Numbered from the stretch's first letter, positions 20,967 to 33,823 are shown. The stretch is DNA of 64,000 nucleotides from the human T2T-CHM13v2.0 reference genome, Homo sapiens (GCF_009914755.1 NC_060929.1); one strand, 5' to 3'. A program made the numbers and translations. The notes: a model not told the origin generated them from the sequence alone.

Positions 20967-22249
20967 GTGACAAAATTTAGAATATATTCTTCATTTGGGG
21001 GATGAGTATTGACTGGCAAGGAGCACGTCAGAACTTTTTGGCATAGAGGAAAATGTTCCCTCTCTTGATGTGGGTGTTATTATATAAGGTATAATTATAT
21101 TAAAAGTCATAAGTCTGTACCCTTAGGTTTTTTGTAATTTACTCCATGCAAATTATATCTTAGTGAATAGCTGGTAGCATAAAACAAAGTGACAGATGAC
21201 AAACACTCAAAAAATAGAAATTGACAGAAGATAGGTAACAAATATTCTGCAGATAAATAATAGGGATCACTTGAGAAAAAAAGAAAAACAAAAACAATGG
21301 AATAGAACAAACCCAAAAATTTTTATTTAAAAAAAGAGTTTGACATTTAAAAGTTTGAAATAATATTAAAGCGACACGCTGTTTCCTTGGAAACACAATG
21401 CAGAACCACAAACTCTGAGACTTATTATAGCGAAAGTATTGTCATTCAGTTCAATCTAATGGTATAAGGTTAGCTTTGAAGGCCAAAAGAAATTAGTTTC
21501 TAATTCTTATTCTTCTCCCCACTAGACTTGTGGCCTAGGGTAATTTTGTAATCTTTCTGAGTCTGTTTTCTCATCAGGAGCAGGACAATTCCTAAATAAT
21601 AGATCGTATATAGAAGTAAATATGATCTCATGGCAGTGGACATCAACCACAGTTAATTATTAAGAATATATTTACATTGAGCTATCCTTTATCTACTTTA
21701 AAATTGCAGACAAACAACAATTGACAAAGAATAGATAAAATGTTCTAACATAAACATTCTTCCATTCTTTCTAGGAAGAAGTCACACATACAGTAAAAAT
21801 AATTAGAGAGGACCCAGTTCATATCGAACAACCTTCCCCAAACCTTGAAACAGGTCTGCTTTCTAACATCGGAGATGAAAGCAGTCTATTCCAGACAGAG
21901 GGGCTTGTAGGGGTTGGACCCCCTGCAGGCCTGTCTACCTGGAATAGACTAAGAAAGTCTGCTCCAGCCTTAGAACAGCATGGGCTGCCAAGCATTCCCA
22001 CAGAGGCTCTCGACTTCAGCTCTAGATGTGCTGAGGAATACGTGCACGTGGGTCGGGTTAAGGCCAGCTGAATCACACTATCAGGGCTGTCATCAGCATC
22101 AAAGTCAGTGGAAGGATGCCAGTCCCCAGAGCTCTGTTCCAGGCCACGGGATGCTCCCTGGAGGGGTGGTGGGCATATCAGTACCAATCAGGCAAATATC
22201 AGTAATAGACAAGAGGCATAAATAAACAATGTCTGTCCTCCACTAAAAC

Positions 22250-23385
22250 CCAGGAAAGTTCTCATTCCAAAAGCGATGTCTTGAAGAAAACATAGGTATA
22301 AATCTTTGTGATTGTGGATTAGACACTTCTTAAGTAGCACAAGCAACACCAAAATAGAAAGATAAATGGACTTCATTAAAATAAAAAATCTTTCATGCTT
22401 CCAAGGACTCTGTCAAGGAAGTGAAAAGATAATCCATGTAATGGGAGAACTATTTGCAAATCATATACCTAACAAGGGTCTAGTATCTACAGTATATAAA
22501 GAATTCATATAAGTGAGCAAAAAAGACAATTTAAAAATGGGAAAAAAGTTTGAATAGACATTTCTGTAAATGATACATACAAGTGGCCAACAAGCACATA
22601 CAGAGAGGTTCAATGTTTTTCCTCATTAGGAAAATGTAAACTTAAATCAAAATGAAATACCACTTCAGACCCACAAGGGTGACTTTAAAAAAAACACAAC
22701 ATATGTTTGGAAAGTTATGGAGAAAATGGAATTCTCATATATTACTAGTGGGAATGTAAAATGCTGTAGCCACTGAGATTGGAAAACAGTCTGTCAGTTC
22801 TTCAAAAACTTAAACATAAAGTCATATATGATGCAGCAATTGCACTCCTAGGTATATAACCAAGAAAATTAAAATCAAATATTCACTCAAAAACATGTAC
22901 AAAAATGTTCATAGCAGCATTATTCATAATAGTGAAAAAGTGGAAACATCCCAAACCACCATCAGTTGATGAACAGGTAAACAAAATGTGGTATAACTAT
23001 AAAATGGAATATCATTTGGCCACAAAAAGGATTGAAGTACTGCTGCATGCTACAACAAGGATGAACCTTGAGAACATTGTGCTAAGTAAGAGATGCAGAT
23101 GCAAAAGGCAATGTTGCATTATTCCATATACAGGAAATGCCCAGATCAAATATATCTATATAGAGAGAAGGTAGATTAGTGTTTGTCAGGGACTGCAAAA
23201 ACGGGGTAATTGGAGAGTGACTGCCAGTTAAGTACAGGAATGCTTTCCAGCATTGCCAAAGTATTCTGAAATTAGGTAGTGGTGATGGTTGCAAAACCTT
23301 TGGAATATAGTAAAAGACGCTGAATGGTATGCATAAAAATGGTGACTTTTGTGATATATGAATTATACTTTAGAAGTAATAATAG
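22250..23385 (+). mobile_element. L1MB-type 3' fragment
   Basis: MFIAALFIIVKKWKHPK (ORF 22905) is the L1 ORF2 C-terminus; L1M 3'UTR follows. Confidence 0.8.
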
Positions 23386-23465
23386 CAACAGTAATAAAGA
23401 GAGGTATCTTTCCACACCTCCATGTCCTGTATTTTTATTAAGAAAGAAAAAAAAAGGCTTTTTAA

Positions 23466-23750
23466 GGCCAGGTTCAGTGGCTCACTCCTGTAATCCCAGC
23501 AATTTTGGAGGCCTAGGTGGGAGGATGGTTTGAGGCCAGAAGTTTGAGAGCAGCCTGAGAAACATAGCACCACCTCATCTCTACAAAACATTAAAAAACT
23601 TAGCCAAGATAGTGATGTGTGCATAGAGTTCCAGCTACTTCTGAAGTTCGGACAGGAGGTTCGCTTGAGCCTGGAAGTTTCAGGTAGCAGTGAGCAGTAA
23701 TCACTACTGCACTTCAGCCTGAGTAACAGAATGAGACCCTGTCTCACAAA
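23466..23750 (+). mobile_element. AluJ-like
   Basis: ggccaggttcagtggctcactcctgtaatcccagc...gagaccctgtctc. Confidence 0.9.
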
Positions 23751-26700
23751 GAGCCATGTCACATAGTAAGTGGCCAGAATAGGTTGCTGACAGCATGTCT
23801 AGAGGAAATGTATTAGATGAAACATATTAAATTCAAAAACTTTTTTTGAGGCGGGGGGCAGAAATGAGGTACAGGGGAGAGAAACACCTACTTGGAAAGA
23901 ACCACACAACTGAATTGGAAAACTTGGAATGGGGCTTGTGGGAGGGGGACTCTACCTGAGATCTGGCTCCAGTACTTACAGCAAAGGGAACTTGGGTGGG
24001 TTACAGACTCTCTGTGCCTTGGTTTCTTCATCAGCAAAACAGAATCATCCCATAAACTGTAAGGTCCGTGGTATCAGAGGGTCCCCAAACTGACTGCACA
24101 TCTGAGTCATGTTAACAAACACATTCCAGGCCCCACCTGAGCACGCTGAATCAGAATCCCTGCAAGGAGGACACTGAACCTGTATTTGCACTGACCTTCC
24201 AGGTGTTTCTTACTCTGATCAACTTGGGGGTAGGAACCATTGAGCTGCATCACATCATTCCAAAGCCCAAACACAAAAGCAGAACAAGAATATATTCAAT
24301 GCAGTCTCCAAAGCAGAGAAATCTCTTGGGGGAACCTAGAAGTGAAGGAGACCTGGCTTGCTGGGCTCCATCTTAACTTTATCCTGACTACGGCAGAGAC
24401 ACGAGCCCTTCGGGACACATGCCTGAGGCAGTGACAGTCCAACTTTGGAACAGTGGAAGCCCTAGTTTCAAATTCAAGCTTGCTTTGAGTAGAAATTAAG
24501 TTTACATCTTTTTGTACAGCAACAAGGCCAGTCTTCTGCAAGCTGCTTACCTTACAAGGAAAAAAAACAAAATCCTACTACTAAGAATTCAAACTTCAGC
24601 AGACATGGGTAAGGAAGTCTTATAAATCTGTTCTAGCCACCTAAAAATAAACCAGAAATTTAGCAAGTTCTTTCACATTCAGGACAGTGTGTTCACTAGA
24701 TCAGAGGCACTGAGACATGAAGAAAAGACCCGCTAAAAAGGGAAAGCCTTCCTTCCTGCCCTAGGACATCCCTGCCAACTTTAGGGAGGTGGGAACCCAG
24801 CTGCGCTCTCTACAGTATGGGTTACTTTTGTGTCTGGAAGGTGTCTGACATCCTGAGACCTGGACCCATTTCAAGGAGCTTTGGGAAGAGCCCAGATCAC
24901 TGATGGAATTGGACAGTGCATGGAAATGGTTCAGCAGGACGAGGGTAAGTGCAGGATCACGGCCAGGTCATTCTGAGAGACAATGAGTGGCACTGATGGG
25001 GTCAGACAAAGATTAAAAACAAAAGTTTGTGCTTCGACTTCAGAAACTCAAATCAATAACTAATTTGCTCTTGTAAGTAATAAGCAGCATTTTTCTATCT
25101 ACATGAGAATTTAGTCTCAAAACAGAAATCAGAAAAAATATCAAGTCCAGGGCATAAAACCTAAACCGGTGCTTACATTTATTCATTCTAAATAGAGCTA
25201 AGAGTAAAATCTTCTCCATAAAATATATATTGTATCTATACATAAAATATATATTGTATCTGAGTTCAGGGTATGATGAGTGTGACCAAGGACTACCCAG
25301 CATTCATGTGGAAGTGAAGGAAGAGGACTGGATCAATCCCAGTGGAAAGCGTGCCTCTCAGCAGCCTGCACCATCCTCCACCTACACTGTGTAATGACAG
25401 TGCTTTGAGATGTAGCAAAGGCTATAAATTTATCTATTCTCTGTTGTCTCAGAGACCTGACATTCTGTGTCAGAATGAAAAGTTATAACAAGGCAAAAGT
25501 CTTAATGAGAATCATTGGTACTCAATAGAATAGTGAATTAAATACAGCCAAGGGAAGACCCAAGTCTCATATTTCTCTTGTATATTCCAAAGTTTCAGTG
25601 AAATTCCAGGTAATAGAGGTTATTTCCCACACTGTTAAAGCAAGGTTGCAGACACTTCTGAATTTCGGTCCCAGTGCTGAAGGAGGGCACACCTCTGTCC
25701 TGGAAAATGACACAGGAATGAATGCTCTTCCCATGACTCATTCTGGTCATTCTTCCAGCATCACAGAAACCAAAAAATAGAAATATAGCCAAATACATGA
25801 TTTGCTATCCCTCTTCTTCAGGTTTCTTACCTGTTTCTTATGGATAATAACATTGCCTTAAGGATTATGATGAAAATATGATATCCAAGTATGTGTACAG
25901 TTTTGAACAAAATGCCTAGTATGAATTGGTCAATAAATAATTATGTGACTATTTACTGAATTACATGGATTCTATAAATAATTACTGAATAATTATTGTG
26001 ATTCCTTTTATTGGCAGTGCTCAAAATGCATCCCTGTGTGACCTCAAGTAAACCAGTAACTTTGTGAACCTACAGTTTTATCATTTTTAAAATGAAGAAA
26101 CTAGACAGATTTTCATTCTGACACAGAATATCAGGTCTCTGAGACACCAGAGAATAGATAAATTTATAGCCTTTACTACTTCTCAAAGCACTGTCATTAT
26201 ACAGTGTTGGTGGAGGATGGTGCGGGATGCTGAGAGGTGCACTTTCCACTGGGATTGATCCAGTCCTCCTCCTTCACTTCCACATGAATGCTGCGTAGCC
26301 TGTGGTCACACTCATCACACCCTCAACTCAGGCAAGTCCAGCAGCCACACTTAGGAGACCTGGGCTACAGGACAATCTCCCAAGTCCTAGCCTCACAAAA
26401 CCTAGTTGAAGATGGAAGCTGCGAAAGTGAGGAGGTGGTTTGAGGGAGCACGCTCCCCTACTCATCCCTCTCATCTCAAACTCACCTTCTACTGCACAGG
26501 AACACTGAGGATCACCAACCACCCCTGACCATGAGCTTGATCTTGCCAGGTTTTGTTAGTGGAATGCAACCACACATCAACAGTGTTAGAGCAACTCAAT
26601 ATATATATATCTCCAACAATATTCCCTGAGAAGCGTTCAATGCCCTGTTCTTTTCAATATACGGGAAAACTAAAAACAACAAAATACCATCAGGTTTACA

Positions 26701-27439
26701 AGATTTCCCAAGATACATGGTCACACATGTTTTCAGGGGATATATACAAATGATTTTGATCACTTGATACCTTGAAAAGAGCTATTTTGGGACCAGAATG
26801 ATATTCGTAAGTGACAAGTATGAAATGAGTGTTCAGTGACATTAAAAAAGCAAACCAACCCACACATAGAGGAAGAGCTTTGGACGTAGGGATGTGAAAC
26901 TGGTCTTAAGTGTAATGAAAAGCCAAGATGCTGCCCCAGTAAGAGAAAAGAAATCAACATAACAATGGGATGCAGCAAGAATACTGAGACAGGGTAGAAA
27001 ATATTTTTTAAAAGTGAATTATTCCTTCATTTTCAGTCGATACAGAAAAAACTGCAGAAGACCCAGAGGGATATCATAGCAGACTAAAAGTTTGCTATCT
27101 TTCACTTGTGGAAAAGCATTAAGATCATTTTACCTTAAAAAGAAGGTGAGGTGACTTCATGACTACCACTAAGAAAATATAACCTTCTGGAAAACTATCC
27201 CTACCTTGATGATTTTATACACACAAGAGATGAACAATGAGGAATATGCTTATATGTATTGAGAAAGAGGTGGGCCTGTAGCATTGTCACAAGGGTGCAC
27301 AAATACTGAGAGTGACTGCTGAAGAAATGGTCCCCATCAGTGACCCTCAGGTGAGACCACGGGGCCTAGTGTTTCAGCACAGCCTGGGCAATTGGAATGC
27401 AAGGATCCTAAGATTCCATGACACCCCCACCTTCTAATT

Positions 27440-27620
27440 CTGTTATTGCAACTGCAGACCGTTACCTGGCACGCTGGCTGCTACCTCGCTCACTCTTGTC
27501 AGAGTCGGAGCTACAGTCAGTGCCTTCAGCTCTGAGCTCAGGCATACCGGTCCCTGTTTTTGCAGTTAAGGACTCTAAAGTGTTGTGACGTGTTCATCAA
27601 GTTTTTCTCAACCATAAGTT
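27440..27620 (+). promoter_or_regulatory. Putative NBPF proximal promoter/5'UTR with MYB, X-box-like and half-CRE motifs
   Basis: CAACTG 27449, CCGTTA 27459 and CAGTTA 27563 (YAACKG on either strand); GTTACCTGGCAC 27461; TGACGT 27586; lies just upstream of the first coding exon. Short motifs only. Confidence 0.4.
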
Positions 27621-27750
27621 AACAATTCCAGTAATTGTCATCTCTCAGTCCTGATTAAACCTAATTGATTTCACTAGTTTTTGACCCATCATGTGTTTGG
27701 GTTTCTTCTCCCCAGTCCCTGGCTCTACCTCTTCTGCCACAAACGTCAGC

Positions 27751-27928
27751 ATGGTGGTATCTGCCGACCCTTTGTCCAGCGAGAGGGCAGAGATGAACAT
27801 CCTAGAAATCAACCAGGAATTGCGCTCCCAGCTGGCAGAGAGCAATCAGCAGTTCCGAGACCTCAAAGAGAAATTCCTTATATCTCAAGCTACTGCCTAC
27901 TCCCTGGCCAACCAGCTGAAGAAATACA
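27751..27928 (+). CDS. NBPF coding exon 1 (coiled-coil N-terminus)
   Basis: Acceptor cccag at 27715, ATG 27751, [59 protein letters not shown], donor GTAAGT at 27929 (phase 1). Confidence 0.93.
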
Positions 27929-29338
27929 GTAAGTTCTATAGATTCACAATGATGAATGTGATGAATGATCACCTGTGTTCTGAGAAACTGAACGGTCTTT
28001 TCATCGAAATTAATTTCATCCTTCCCATACTTCTAGGAAAATAGAAGTGGATGTTTTAACCTCATTTTGTTAAACATGGAAAACAGAGGCACAAAGTATT
28101 TAGCAACTTTTCCACATTGGCAGTCTGGTGTGAGGTGGGACTAGAGTTAAAATCCTACTTATTGTCTTCTGACACAGGCACAGAACCACCTGTTTTCCTC
28201 AGTAAGAGGCTAAATCATGTTTATGAGAATCCTCTCTGTACCATGTAAGATTCTACAGACAAGTAACATCTAGTCTGTTGGTCTAAATGTCTGGGACTAA
28301 TGAACTTCCATTCAGTTCAAGCTTCTTTGAGGCCCAATAGGCAAAGCTCCATCCAGGGGACCCTGGGGGAAAAATGGCAACTGTACAGAGTACCCACTCT
28401 AAGGAGCTTAAAGAGGAGACTGCTCCTAACAGAAACTGTGATATCTGTGACACCCTTCAAAGCAGGGAGTGTCCCGGTGAGAGGGAAGTGCTGCTTCCTG
28501 GGGCACAGGCTCTTATTCCTGAAGAGGAAGAAAGATGGCACATAAGACATTGTGGAGGTAGCAGTGTAGTGTGCAGAGCAAGGACCCTGGGCCAGTCTCC
28601 TGGGCTCCATCCAAGTTGCCTAGCTTCTCTGTGCCTCAGTTTCCTCATCTGCTCATTGAGTACTATAATAATACCTACCTCTGTAAATTACTGCAATGAA
28701 TTACATGACCTATTTCTTGTAAATTTCCTAGAACAGTTCTTGGAACAGAGTAAACACTATCTATTAGCTCTTCATTCTACTATTTCTAACTTAATTCAAA
28801 CTTTATTAGTATTTGGGCATATTTCTATTATAGCCTCACGGTCTTGTGCCTCATATTTTATGCAATCATATCCAGATATGATTTTTTAAATGTTTGACAT
28901 ATTTGCACTTGAAATTCCCAGTACAAGGGAAACTTTGGGTCCCATAGTCCTAGGGCCTTCCTGACTGTATAGAAAATCACTACTTCATGCACCAGTCCAG
29001 TGTTTTACAGGAGAGGCTGCAAGGCTTGGGAAAGTGGCCCAGGATTCAGAGTCAGACCTCAGGTGCTGTGAATTCTGACTCCACCTTCTTCCAGGTGAAT
29101 CATCTTGTCAAGTTACTTGATGTGCCCTTGCGTTTCTTTCTCCCTATCCCTGAGTTGGGGAGTATCAGATGCCAGAAAGTTGGGAGGTTGATAAATAAAG
29201 ATGTGGAAATGCCTGCCTGGAGCCTGGTACTGGAGCTGCTTTCGTCCTTGGGATGGATGGTGCCGCCTGCCCTATAGGCAGTGACCCCAGCAGCATGTCC
29301 CACCTTCCACTGAGGCAGGCGTGTCTGTCTTTTCTCAG

Positions 29339-29397
29339 AGTGTGAAGAGTACAAAGAGTACAAAGACATCATAGACTCTGCCAATGTTTCCATGTAG
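29339..29397 (+). pseudogene. NBPF coding exon 2 stump, deleted after about 42 nt and reading into TAG
   Basis: Acceptor tttctcag at 29338; (K)CEEYKEYKDIIDS then ANVSM* (TAG 29395-29397); no donor at the junction. Confidence 0.88.
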
Positions 29398-29813
29398 CAT
29401 TAGAGATTCTTTTGATTTAATCTGTCCCTCTAAATGCAAATTCTACAAAAACACTGACAACAGCTTATCAGAAGGAAACATGCTGAATACTGCAGTAACC
29501 TGCTAGGAAGCATTAAAGTAGATCCCCAGGATCTGTTAGTAAACAGGATATGGTTAACAGTTTGCTGTGACTCAAGACAGAAGGGACTGTGATGATGACC
29601 TGTCAGATCAGGGAGATTTGCTCCATGACTCAGGAAAGCAAACCTAGTGACTTCTCACAAGGCTCACCCTGAGACCTCCTGGAAAGTTTCTCTCACAATA
29701 GCCTGTTATCGCACTGCGTATATCTATGCCCCTATGTAGATTTGGACACAAGGTTGTGCATATGTGAATGTGATCAAGTTCATCTGGCTGGTCTTCTCTT
29801 AATTTATTTACAG

Positions 29814-29865
29814 AAAAGCAAAATGATCTTGAAGAGGTGAAAGGACAAGAAACAGTTGCTCCCAG
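29814..29865 (+). CDS. Olduvai doublet 1, small exon (52 nt)
   Basis: tttacag|AAAAGCAA...CCCAG|gtaac; KQNDLEEVKGQETVAPR. Confidence 0.9.
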
Positions 29866-30683
29866 GTAACTGAGAAAAATCAGGGGCTGTCTATTCAGGG
29901 GTGATATCTGTGAAACTCATCTCCACAGAAAACCAGAAAGTCCTGAATATACCTGATTCATCCCTTCAGCCAACCGGAAATGATCCTTTTTAACCATGTT
30001 TTACATTTTCATTGTGAAACTTTTAATGTTTGCCATTTCTTATTAACTTCTCAAGTTCAGTACATAAAACCACTTGACCTTGTGAACAACTAATCAGTCA
30101 CACAGATTTCCTTAAAGCAAGTATCTTCTTCTTATGGTGTCAACCAGCCTGAGATGCATATCTGCTTTCTGCTGGTTTTGCATTAGCACAGTGGTGAGCA
30201 TTTCAAGGCAAGGAAATTAGGTAGAAAAAATTATTGTTATACCATGCACAATATTAAGAGGATTTGATGACATGCGATTTTGGGGATATGATTATGCCTC
30301 AAAACCTATGTTTACTTGGCCACTACACATAAAATTTAACATCATTTAAAAGAAAGGAATGAAACCACTGCTATGGGACATGATATTCAGTAAGTCACGA
30401 CTCTACCATACAGAGAGACTCAGTCTCCTTCCTCAGAAAATCATAATCTGGCTACTTTGCTGAACACCTGATGCTTCTCTCTCTCTCATCTCTCTCTTTC
30501 CCTCTCTCTGTATTGCAACCTACCCATGGCAACCACACTGTGCCCACCAAGAAGAGGAGAATATTTAACTCTTTAATGGGTTGACCCATTTGTTTTCTGC
30601 GATCACTCCCTCATGCCTCACGTGAAATCCAGCTAGGGCTCTGAAACTCCTTGGATTAATCTTTAGTCCTTCTTACCCTACAG

Positions 30684-30853
30684 GCTCAGCAGGGGACCAC
30701 TGAGAGTAGACAAGTATGAAATCCCCCAGGAGTCACTGGATGGATGTTGCTTGACTCCTTCCATCCTTCCTGACCTGACTCCCTCCTACCACCCTTATTG
30801 GAGCACTTTGTACTCTTTTGAAGACAAGCAAGTCAGCTTGGCTCTTGTAGACA
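30684..30853 (+). CDS. Olduvai doublet 1, large exon (170 nt)
   Basis: ctacag|GCTCAGC...GACA|gtgagt; LSRGPLRVDKYEIPQESLDGCCLTPS...EDKQVSLALVD. Confidence 0.92.
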
Positions 30854-31881
30854 GTGAGTACTCCATTGTGAACATGATAAATCTCCAATTGGTGTCCCAG
30901 GTAGACTCCATAATCCTTGCACTTCACATCCCTGGCTGGACTGAGATGTGTCATTGGTGTGGTCATGACTCACAGACACAGGATGATTTGCATCAGCATC
31001 AAAAATCAAGTTGGAAGCACAGACAGGGGTGGGTCAGTGAGCTTTGCTCTCTTCCTCATCTCAGACCATGCCTGTGTCACCCTGCGCCCACTGTCACGAC
31101 ATTGACAAATTCACACCAACCTATGCAGCACGTGCCCAACAGGTGTCTGTCAGGCCTCTTAATCTGAATAAGATTTGTCTTGCCAGCTATTGTGTTCCTT
31201 ACAAGTTCCTTTCCCCAACCATGTCCTATGAGATTCTATGCCTGCCCAATGCCTGTGGCATTTTTGTCTACTTTTCATTGAAGATATTACCCAGGTTTCA
31301 AAGAACCCAGCCTCATTCTCTATGTCTTTGATGTTACCCTGTTTTAGCTGAGTAGTCCATTACCTTTTGTTATGTTTCTAGAAACAAGATTGGGCCTTGT
31401 CACTCCTAGATGTCACGAATAGCCAATGCCTCTTTGTATCACCAAAGATTCATTTTCATTCAAGGGTCTGTAGATTCCCTCCTACATTCTAGTTTCAGTG
31501 TCTAAAATCCTTGTAACCACGAGCAACGTGAGTATTTGATGATTGAAAGCTGAATATTGCAGTTTTCCTTCTAGAAAGCAGCTGGGGTATTTGCCTTCAA
31601 CTGGTGTGAAAAATTTGCATAACTGTTTGCACAAAATCAGGACAGATGATGTTGGGATAATGATCTACCAGAACAGGGAGATTGCATTCCTAGGCTCAGG
31701 GAAGAAAACCAAGGCATCTCTGTCATGACAGGACCTCAGGCCTCCTGGAATATTTCTCTCACAGTGTCCTGTTCTCCCACTGAGGAAACTGACATTTCTA
31801 TGTTAGGGTTGCACAGTGGATTGTTTATGTGTGTAGGAGAACCTGCTTAATCTGTCTGTCCCTTTGTGAATTTATTTACAG

Positions 31882-31933
31882 AAATTAAAAAGGATCAAGA
31901 GGAGGTAGAAGACCAAAGCCCACCATGCCCCAG
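31882..31933 (+). CDS. Olduvai doublet 2, small exon (52 nt)
   Basis: tttacag|AAATTAAA...CCCAG|gtaac; IKKDQEEVEDQSPPCPR. Confidence 0.92.
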
Positions 31934-32664
31934 GTAACTCTGAGGAATCATGGACAGTTAATTCAGTGTTGATATCTGGAGTCTCAGATGCAGGGAAAAT
32001 CAGAGTGTGCTGAATATACCTGTTCCATCTGTTCAGCCAACCATGAAATGCCATATTCATAAGGTTGACTCTTTTCATTGTACACCTGTATTTCTAGTTC
32101 CTCCTTATTAATTCCTTTCAATTCGTCTAATCTGCATTCAGTTGACTCTGTTGAACTGATCACTCACAGACATTTTCTGCAGTCCCCTTTTCTGTCCTTT
32201 TTGCTTAAAGTGAAGTTGAGTTGCACATCTGATGTCTGCCTCTTTGGCATTACCATGTTTGCAAGTATTCGATAGCAGGGAAGTGAATGAAAATAAATCA
32301 TGCCATGCTACAATGTTGAGAACAAGAGCTGTTGAGGATACAGGAACTCTGTGAAGACTCAAGAGCCTGTATTCATTTGGCCACTGATGCTAATTTCAAC
32401 AAAATGTATGCAAAAGTGCCAAATGCACTGTGTCCTGGCAGTTCCCCACAGGGATCACTCCCTCTGCTTCCTCCCCAGCTCATTGCCTGCCCAGTGCACT
32501 GAGAGCCTGTCATGCTCTGTCTCCTACTCGAGACAGGGAAGGATGGTTGTATCTCTCTCAGGGGAATGTACTTTGCTTCCTCTGGGCCTTCCTAAGGGCC
32601 TCCCTATAGAACCAGCTGGGTGTTGGTTCTCTCTGGTGTTTATCTTCTGTCTTCTTTACCCCAG

Positions 32665-32837
32665 GCTCAGCCAGGAGCGGCCAGAGGTGAAGGAGCAGGA
32701 AGTCCCAGAGGACTCCGTGAATGAAGTTTACTTGACTCCCTCAGTTCACCATGATGTGTCTGACTGCCACCAGCCTTATAGCAGCACCTTGTCCTCATTG
32801 GAGGATCAGCTTGTCTGCTCTGCTCTGGATGTAGCCT
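32665..32837 (+). CDS. Olduvai doublet 2, large exon (173 nt)
   Basis: cccag|GCTCAGC...GCCT|gtgagt; LSQERPEVKEQEVPEDSVNEVYLTPS...LEDQLVCSALDVA. Confidence 0.92.
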
Positions 32838-33333
32838 GTGAGTACTTCACCCTGGAGGTCACAAAGCTCCACTGTCCTCCCAGGCAGCCTCTGTATGTTT
32901 TGTTTCCTGCAACTTGTGCAGCTGAGACAGACCATCTCTGCAGCAGGCTCTATACACTGAGCTTGTTTTGAATCTGGCTCTTGGATCCAGTTTTAAGCAC
33001 AGACATCCACTGGGTAGAACTTCCTCTTCTCCTGTTCCAAGTGCCTCCTCTGTCACCTGGCTCCTTCTCACAGGAGCAGGCTTTGGCTATCAAAACAGGC
33101 CAGAGAAGGGAGTGGTGAGGGCTTATGGCAAATTCTTGGCCACAGTAGCTCAGCTGGAGAAATTTATGTAACAGACCTCCTTCTTTAAGATAGGGCATCT
33201 CTCTTTTCTGAAATTATCTTGCTAATTCCATGTCTTTATTTTTTCTCTGGCCATCCACATATGTTGGGAGTTTTGAGCAATTATTTGGAGGCCTGTTTCA
33301 TGATTCCTGTGTCCCAAGCTAGATTTTCTTCTT

Positions 33334-33823
33334 CAGGGATCCCCAGCCCTGGGGCCATGGGCCATTATGGGTCCATGACCTGTTAGGAACTGGGCCGCAG
33401 AGCAGGAGGTGAGCGGTGGGAGAGCATTTCAGCCTGGATTCCACCTCCTGTCAGATCAGCAGTGGCATTAGATTCTCACAGGAGCTCGAACTCTATTGTG
33501 AATTGTCCATGCCAGCAATCTAGATTGTGTTTTCCTTACGAGAATCTAATGCCTGATGATCTGTCACTGTCTCCCAGTAACTGTCACCCCCAGGTGAGAC
33601 CATCTAGTTGCAGGAAAACAATCTTAGGGCTCCCACTGATTCTACATTATGGTGAGTTGTATAATTATTTCATTATATATTCCAATATAATATTTATAGA
33701 AATGAAGTGCACAGTAAATGTAATGTGCTTGAATCATCCCAAAACCATCCCCCCCAACCTGGTGTCTGAAAAATGGTCTTCCATGAAACCAGTCCCTGGT
33801 GCCAAAAAGGTTTGGGACTGTGG
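33334..33823 (+). mobile_element. MER1A (hAT-Charlie MITE)
   Basis: cagggatccccagccc...cctggtgccaaaaaggtttgggactg; degenerate 8-bp TSD ttcttctt/ctctactt. Confidence 0.82.

Noticed and set aside
28300-28889. 171-aa and neighbouring ORFs in NBPF intron 1
   Set aside because: No recognisable protein; overlaps MIR-like sequence; chance ORFs
32351-32971. 206-aa ORF (also the 30751, 35786 and 38086 ORFs) as stand-alone genes
   Set aside because: Only the parts bounded by AG/GT are NBPF exons; the rest is intron read-through
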